The position numbers and the translations under genes were made by a program. Under the pieces are notes generated by a model. That model searched no databases and was not told where the DNA came from. It saw only the letters and a list, made by a program, of their open reading frames with translations. 64,000 bases of DNA from Octopus vulgaris (taxonomy: Eukaryota). Within the stretch, counting starts at the first letter, position 1. Each line of letters starts with the position of its first letter. Where the stretch lies: the NCBI GenBank assembly GCA_951406725.2, contig OX597835.1:49352001-49416000 (forward strand), read 5' to 3'. Positions 58,227-64,000 of the stretch are shown here, piece by piece.

Positions 58227-58582
58227 GCTAAGGCTTGTGAGTGAAATCACCTGATGAATTGTACTCGATATTCAAACGTCCAGCCTCCTCATATATTCTG
58301 CTGCAGAATTATGTTGCTTGTGCACATGGCTACGAAATACTCAGCCACGTCAAGGCCCATCGTCGTCAACGACGGAATTCCAATAAGTTTATTATTTTTT
58401 ATATATGCAAAAGTGTGTATATAAGTTTATACATATCTAAATATACTCTCGTACGCTCACATCTCAAGGTAGCAGTCATACCGCTTTTTGCTGTTCAAAA
58501 AGGCGTCTCTGTTATGTGTATGCATTGGTCTGTTTGTGTATCTGTATGTGTGTGTATATATGTATATGTGTGTGTGTGTGTG

Positions 58583-58623
<41 letters not shown>

Positions 58624-59142
58624 ATGTATGTATGTATATATATATAATACACACACACACACACATACACACACACAAATAAAAAAAAACATACGCAGTC
58701 ATGTATGTGTGTATGAGTATTTGCCTGGCTGCTTGCCTTCCGCTCTGCTCCGACTGTGTGTGTATATATACGTGTGTGTTTATAAGTGGCAAGTGTTTAT
58801 TTATTCATGAGTGTGTATTTGCCAACGTTTGTGCTCCGGTGTTTATGCTACAACAATTGAGAATATAAATATACTTCTTGGCGAGTAAGCATATCACATG
58901 TGAGCGTGTGTGTGTGTATGTGTACATGCATACACACATACAAACTCACACACACACAGATATATACATATAAGAAAGAGAGACAGACAGAAGTGGAAAG
59001 ATGTCCCAGTGAGTATATATAACTGTGAATATATGTATAAATGTGGCGATTATTTATTATTTTGGTCCTAATTGCTGTCAGTGCCACCAGGGTTAGAGTA
59101 TTTCTTAAGGGACAGTTCTACACCTCGTAACAGCAACAACAG

Positions 59143-59206
<64 letters not shown>

Positions 59207-59352
59207 TATGGGTATGTACTAGTATGTACTAGCAGAGATAAACGTGTTGAGTGTATGTGAGTGGGTATGGAGGCTGGGAGGGAGAAGGAGAGAGTGAAAC
59301 AGAGAATTTGTTACTATATTCAAAGAATGTGAATACAGACACACGCACATAT

Positions 59353-59411
<59 letters not shown>

Positions 59412-59570
59412 CATACATATACATACATATATATAATGCAAGCAAATCCGACTCGGAATTACCTGCAGTTTTATACCAATCACAAGACCTTTTATTAGCC
59501 AGGTGTATTTGTATCTCCACAAAGCTTAAGTAGTAATTTACCCGGATTCCTAAACCCCTTTTATTCTGAT

Positions 59571-59639
<69 letters not shown>

Positions 59640-59852
59640 AATATATATATGCATGTATATGTATATATATTCATATACATACATATAGCTACATGTATAC
59701 TCACACACATATATATCATTAGGCAATGAGCACAAATGAAACGCACGTGACCTGCCGTCTCCTCCGGACCAGTGAAGCTGAGTTCGTGCGGAGTCGAAAT
59801 CTGCTTAAGATATATGTAACTTCTACCAAATGTGTTGAGTTCTACTTCTTTT

Positions 59853-60201
59853 GAGGCACACGTGTGGCTGTTCGGTAAGAAATTTGCTTCCCAAACACAT
59901 GGCTCCGGGTTCAGTCCCACCGCATGGCAAGTATCTTCTATTATATAGTCTTGGGGCCGACCAAAGCCTTGTGAATAGATTTGATAGACGTGTATTTGTG
60001 TTTCTTCCCCGCCATCACTTGACAACCGATATTGGTGTGTTCGTGCTTGCGCAAACTAGCGGCTCAGCTAAAGAAACCGATAGAATAAAAACTAGGCTTA
60101 ACAATAAAAAGTCCGGGGATCGATTAGTTCGGCTAAAAAATTTTGAATGCGATGCTCCACCCCATTCCCCAGTCTAATGACTAAATCGAATAAAAGATAA
60201 A
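59853..60201 (+). mobile_element. SINE family B
   Basis: ggcacacgtgtggctgttcggtaagaaatttgcttcccaaacacatggctccgggttcagtccc...cacttgacaaccgat...cagtctaatgactaaa...aaaagataaa. Confidence 0.85.
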
Positions 60202-60234
60202 TACATACATACATATATATAATATATATATATG

Positions 60235-60270
<36 letters not shown>

Positions 60271-60276
60271 TACACA

Positions 60277-60332
<56 letters not shown>

Positions 60333-60834
60333 ACACGCTATGTGTGTGCGTGTGTGTACACAGTTTGGGGTTCTTTGGGTGGATTTTAGTGGCGATAATG
60401 GTTTTGTATCAAAGTCACTGCGTCACCAACAGACGGCGCTGATGTGCTGATCTGTTTGTTTTTACGTATCTCTCTCTCACCACCAACACCGCCTCCACCA
60501 CCACCACTACAAACAACAACAACAACAACAGACGTTATGTTCACTTGAAGTTCCGCTTCAGACCGGAACTGGCCGCGGCGGCGTGTGTGTATGTGTCTTG
60601 GAGACTTATACATTTCCTGGTCATATCTTGATACATAATGAACAAATAAACATACGCCATAGATATACTCTCCCCCCCCCCCACTCTCTCTCTCGCTCTC
60701 TCTCTCTTTCTATTTATTTATCTATCTCACTCGCAAACTTTTTTCTTTTCCTGCTAATCTCCTTCCCCCTCTCTTCTTTTTCCTTCGTACGATTTTCCCA
60801 CCCTCATACTCTATCGTCTTTTCTTGCATTTTCC

Positions 60835-60854
60835 TTTTATCTATCTTTATCTAC

Positions 60855-60911
<57 letters not shown>

Positions 60912-60956
60912 AATTTATCTGTCTGTCTATCTATCTATCTATCTATCTATCCCCCC

Positions 60957-60987
<31 letters not shown>

Positions 60988-60995
60988 AATCTATT

Positions 60996-61026
<31 letters not shown>

Positions 61027-61063
61027 CCCCCTCTCTCTCTATCTATCTATCTATCAATCTATT

Positions 61064-61094
<31 letters not shown>

Positions 61095-61118
61095 CCCCTC
61101 TCTATCTATCTATCTATC

Positions 61119-61149
<31 letters not shown>

Positions 61150-61225
61150 CTATCTACCTATCTATCTTTATCTATCTATCTATCTATCTTTATCTATCTA
61201 TCTATCCATCAGTCTATCTATCCAT
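60835..61225. repeat. Compound (CTAT)n array with repeated ccccc(ct)n / caatctatttatta interruptions
   Basis: Read directly. Confidence 0.9.
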
Positions 61226-61480
61226 GTGTCTGTCTATCAGTAAGTATTTGAGTATGTCTACCATATTTGTGTTTATGTTAGTTGGCTCGCGTATATTGCC
61301 GTCGTTTGGTGAACAAAAATATGATACAACCGAATTAAACAGGTTTAAAATGATTTCAAATTGTCGTTGTTGTCGCTATCATCATCATCATCGTCACCAT
61401 CATCATAGGACCTTCTCTGAATAAATTTGGAATACGTAAATCAGAAGATATATATATATATTTATTTATTTTATAGAAGG

Positions 61481-61529
61481 AGCTTCTACAGGACTAGAAC
61501 TGTTTCATTCAAATGAAATCATCAGGAAG

Positions 61530-61531
<2 letters not shown>
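61481..61531 (-). ncRNA. Type I hammerhead ribozyme (conserved core nucleotides intact)
   Basis: Minus strand: AGCUUC-CUGAUGA-u-uuca-uu-ugaa-u-GAA-ACAG-uucuaguc-CUGU-A-GAAGCU. 6-bp stem I, short stem II with U.U closing pair, 4-bp stem III, GUA cleavage triplet. Confidence 0.75.
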
Positions 61532-61571
<40 letters not shown>

Positions 61572-62182
61572 CATTTAATAGAGATATATGTAGACAGATA
61601 CTTATGTATGTTTATGTGTGTGTATATATATATACACACACACATACTAACAAACTCACCTAAACATACTTACACGTACATATACATGGACGTGCGTCCA
61701 TACAGGCATACGTACCTAAATACGTACACATATGCCGCGTTGTATGTGTGAGCGTGTGAGTGTGGTTAAATATGTCTGATGAACACACGTATTTAGCGCC
61801 CGATGTGTATATATTTTGTATAATTCTATTCATCATTATACACAAAAGATGGTCTAAATGCATGTTTACATCGTATGTCGTATAAACATCAGTCTCTTGG
61901 CAGAGGTAGAGAAGTGTGAATTTGTTTTTCCTTTTTGGTGTGTATATATAAATGTGTGTGTATATATAAATGTGTGTGTATATATAAATGTGTGTGCACG
62001 CATTCATGTCAATGAATGTATGCATTTCTGCATTGGATATACACACACATAGATATGTGTGTGTGTGTGTGTGTGTGTGTACACACTTCCATGCATATCT
62101 CTATGAGGGAATTATATGCTATGATGATATTTTATCGAGTCAAGAGAGTTTATCACTGACAAACCCGTACACACACTTACAC

Positions 62183-62235
<53 letters not shown>

Positions 62236-62452
62236 TTACCCCCACACACTCCACACACACACACATAAGGTTCACGTATGTGTTTATACTTTGTTCTCTT
62301 TGACATTTCCTTTCCTTATAAACATGCATATAAACATCAATATACACACCGGCGCACAAATACACACACACAATCTCACACACGGACACATAGATAAAGA
62401 GAGTGAAAGTGAAGACAGATAGATAAATACATATATACATGCATACTAGCAC

Positions 62453-62502
<50 letters not shown>

Positions 62503-62588
62503 TATATATATATAGACACATATATATATATATATATATATAGACACATATTTATATACACATTAATATATACTTATATATATTCATA

Positions 62589-62666
<78 letters not shown>

Positions 62667-62899
62667 TATATTTATATCTAAATATATAAAAATATATATG
62701 TAGGTATCCCCAGCAGTTTTTAAAACGTTGGAATTTCTATGAAGATGCGATGATGATGATGATGACGATTAGAATTATGAAAGGGAGAGGGGGGATGACG
62801 AGGTAGATTAATTGGGCAATGATTGTGATAGTGATGATGATAGTGGTGATTGTTGGTGTTCCTGTTGTTGTTGCAGACTTGGGGTGATTTATTAAATAA

Positions 62900-63870
62900 C
62901 TTCCTCTGAAAGCTATAAATTCATAGGGAAGAGACTATACATACATACTTTTAGTCGATTAAACCCCTCAGTATATCACTGGTACTTATTTCTCATCTCT
63001 AACTCCACATCCAAACTTCAAGACACTCGCTTAAAGAACTAAGTGGAAATGAAGGTGGTTTTGATCTTCAGAACTGAAAGGTCAAAATGCAATAAGTACC
63101 CCAATGTATTGAACCTGACGCCGCAGGCAAGAATCGCACTTTCAGAACTAATCTCGCATCCTCGGCCCACTTACCTCTCTACCTCTTGTCACCCTTGCGG
63201 CGTCCAACCTCACTTTTCCCTCCATTAACCACTATGGTTAATCCTTCCTCCGTTAGATACCTTCTCACTGGTATCTCCTCCATATTTGTACCGTTGCAAC
63301 AGTTCAAAGAGAACATTAACTGCAACAATCTCAACAGTTTCAAAGGGACCGTAAAAGCCATGGGCCCTGTCTTTTCCTTCAGCTCCCCTTAGAGCGTTGG
63401 ATTAAATGATGCCGTATCGATTCCCGGCTCTCTGCACTGCGTCCAAATCCTGCCGCGGTCTATTTTGTCTTTCGTCACATTTTTAGTTAAAAATCCAAGG
63501 ATCAGTTAAGAATGAATCTCGAAATTGTCTATTAGCGACCTCCTTTTAAAACTGCAGGCCTTCTACCGAAATTAGAAATTAATATCCTTATTTAATCTGC
63601 GAAAGTCATAGGTTGGTACATTCATTAAAACATTTGATAAATTACCGTGCCTTTTTAGTTCTGGCTTTCTACGTTTTGAGTTCCCATCCTGCTGAGGTCA
63701 TCCTTGTCTTCAATCGATTTAGGGTCGATAAAATAAATGATCAGTCAAGTACAGGAGTTGATATAAATGACTTTCCCTTCCTGACTGGACTTTTGCCTAT
63801 GCGCAAACATTTATCAAAAATGACAATTTTATAAAAAGTATGAGTGGCAGAATCGGTAGAGCAGCATCTT
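62900..63870. mobile_element. Cluster of old family A SINE fragments on both strands
   Basis: gtcgattaaacccctcag...ctggtacttattt (minus); ttgagttcccatcctgctgaggtc...tttagggtcgataaaataa (plus); gagtggcagaatcggtag head at 63842. Confidence 0.55.
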
Positions 63871-64000
63871 ATTTTGTCAGTGGTTCTGGAAGTGGGCAGT
63901 ATTCCACCCCGGGGAGCAGTGGAAAGTTCCAAGGGGCTTGAAGTGGGACGATGATGGGTTAGCGATTCATGCAAAAATTGGGGCTGTAATGGGGTGGCAA

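Noticed and set aside
58245-58285. CTGATGA...CAAACGTC hammerhead
   Set aside because: The GAAA box is mutated and neither stem I nor stem II pairs convincingly.

Overview
Eukaryotic, AT-rich, extremely microsatellite-dense non-coding DNA. The (TA)n/(CA)n/(GATA)n/(TAA)n load and the tRNA-derived SINE families look like a coleoid cephalopod (Octopus-type) genome; this is an inference. I can support no intact host gene, rRNA, tRNA or CRISPR array, and almost all ORFs in the track are microsatellite translations. The window holds many copies of at least 3 SINE families, two 5'-truncated CR1-group LINEs, a tandem cluster of three R4/Dong-type LINE fragments in (TAA)n, an internally deleted mariner, hAT-like MITEs and Penelope-like remnants. 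Highlights: (1) a compact type I hammerhead ribozyme with all conserved core nucleotides, on the minus strand at 61481-61531, forming most of a ~70-bp insert in (TA)n, plus several mutated hammerhead-like relatives across the window; (2) a ~99%-identical 251-bp inverted repeat pair 4 kb apart; (3) a SINE/LINE shared 3' tail with a covarying stem-loop; (4) candidate enhancer islands (K50-homeodomain and RFX/Sox motifs). All alignments and folds were done by eye, so boundaries of degenerate repeats are approximate.
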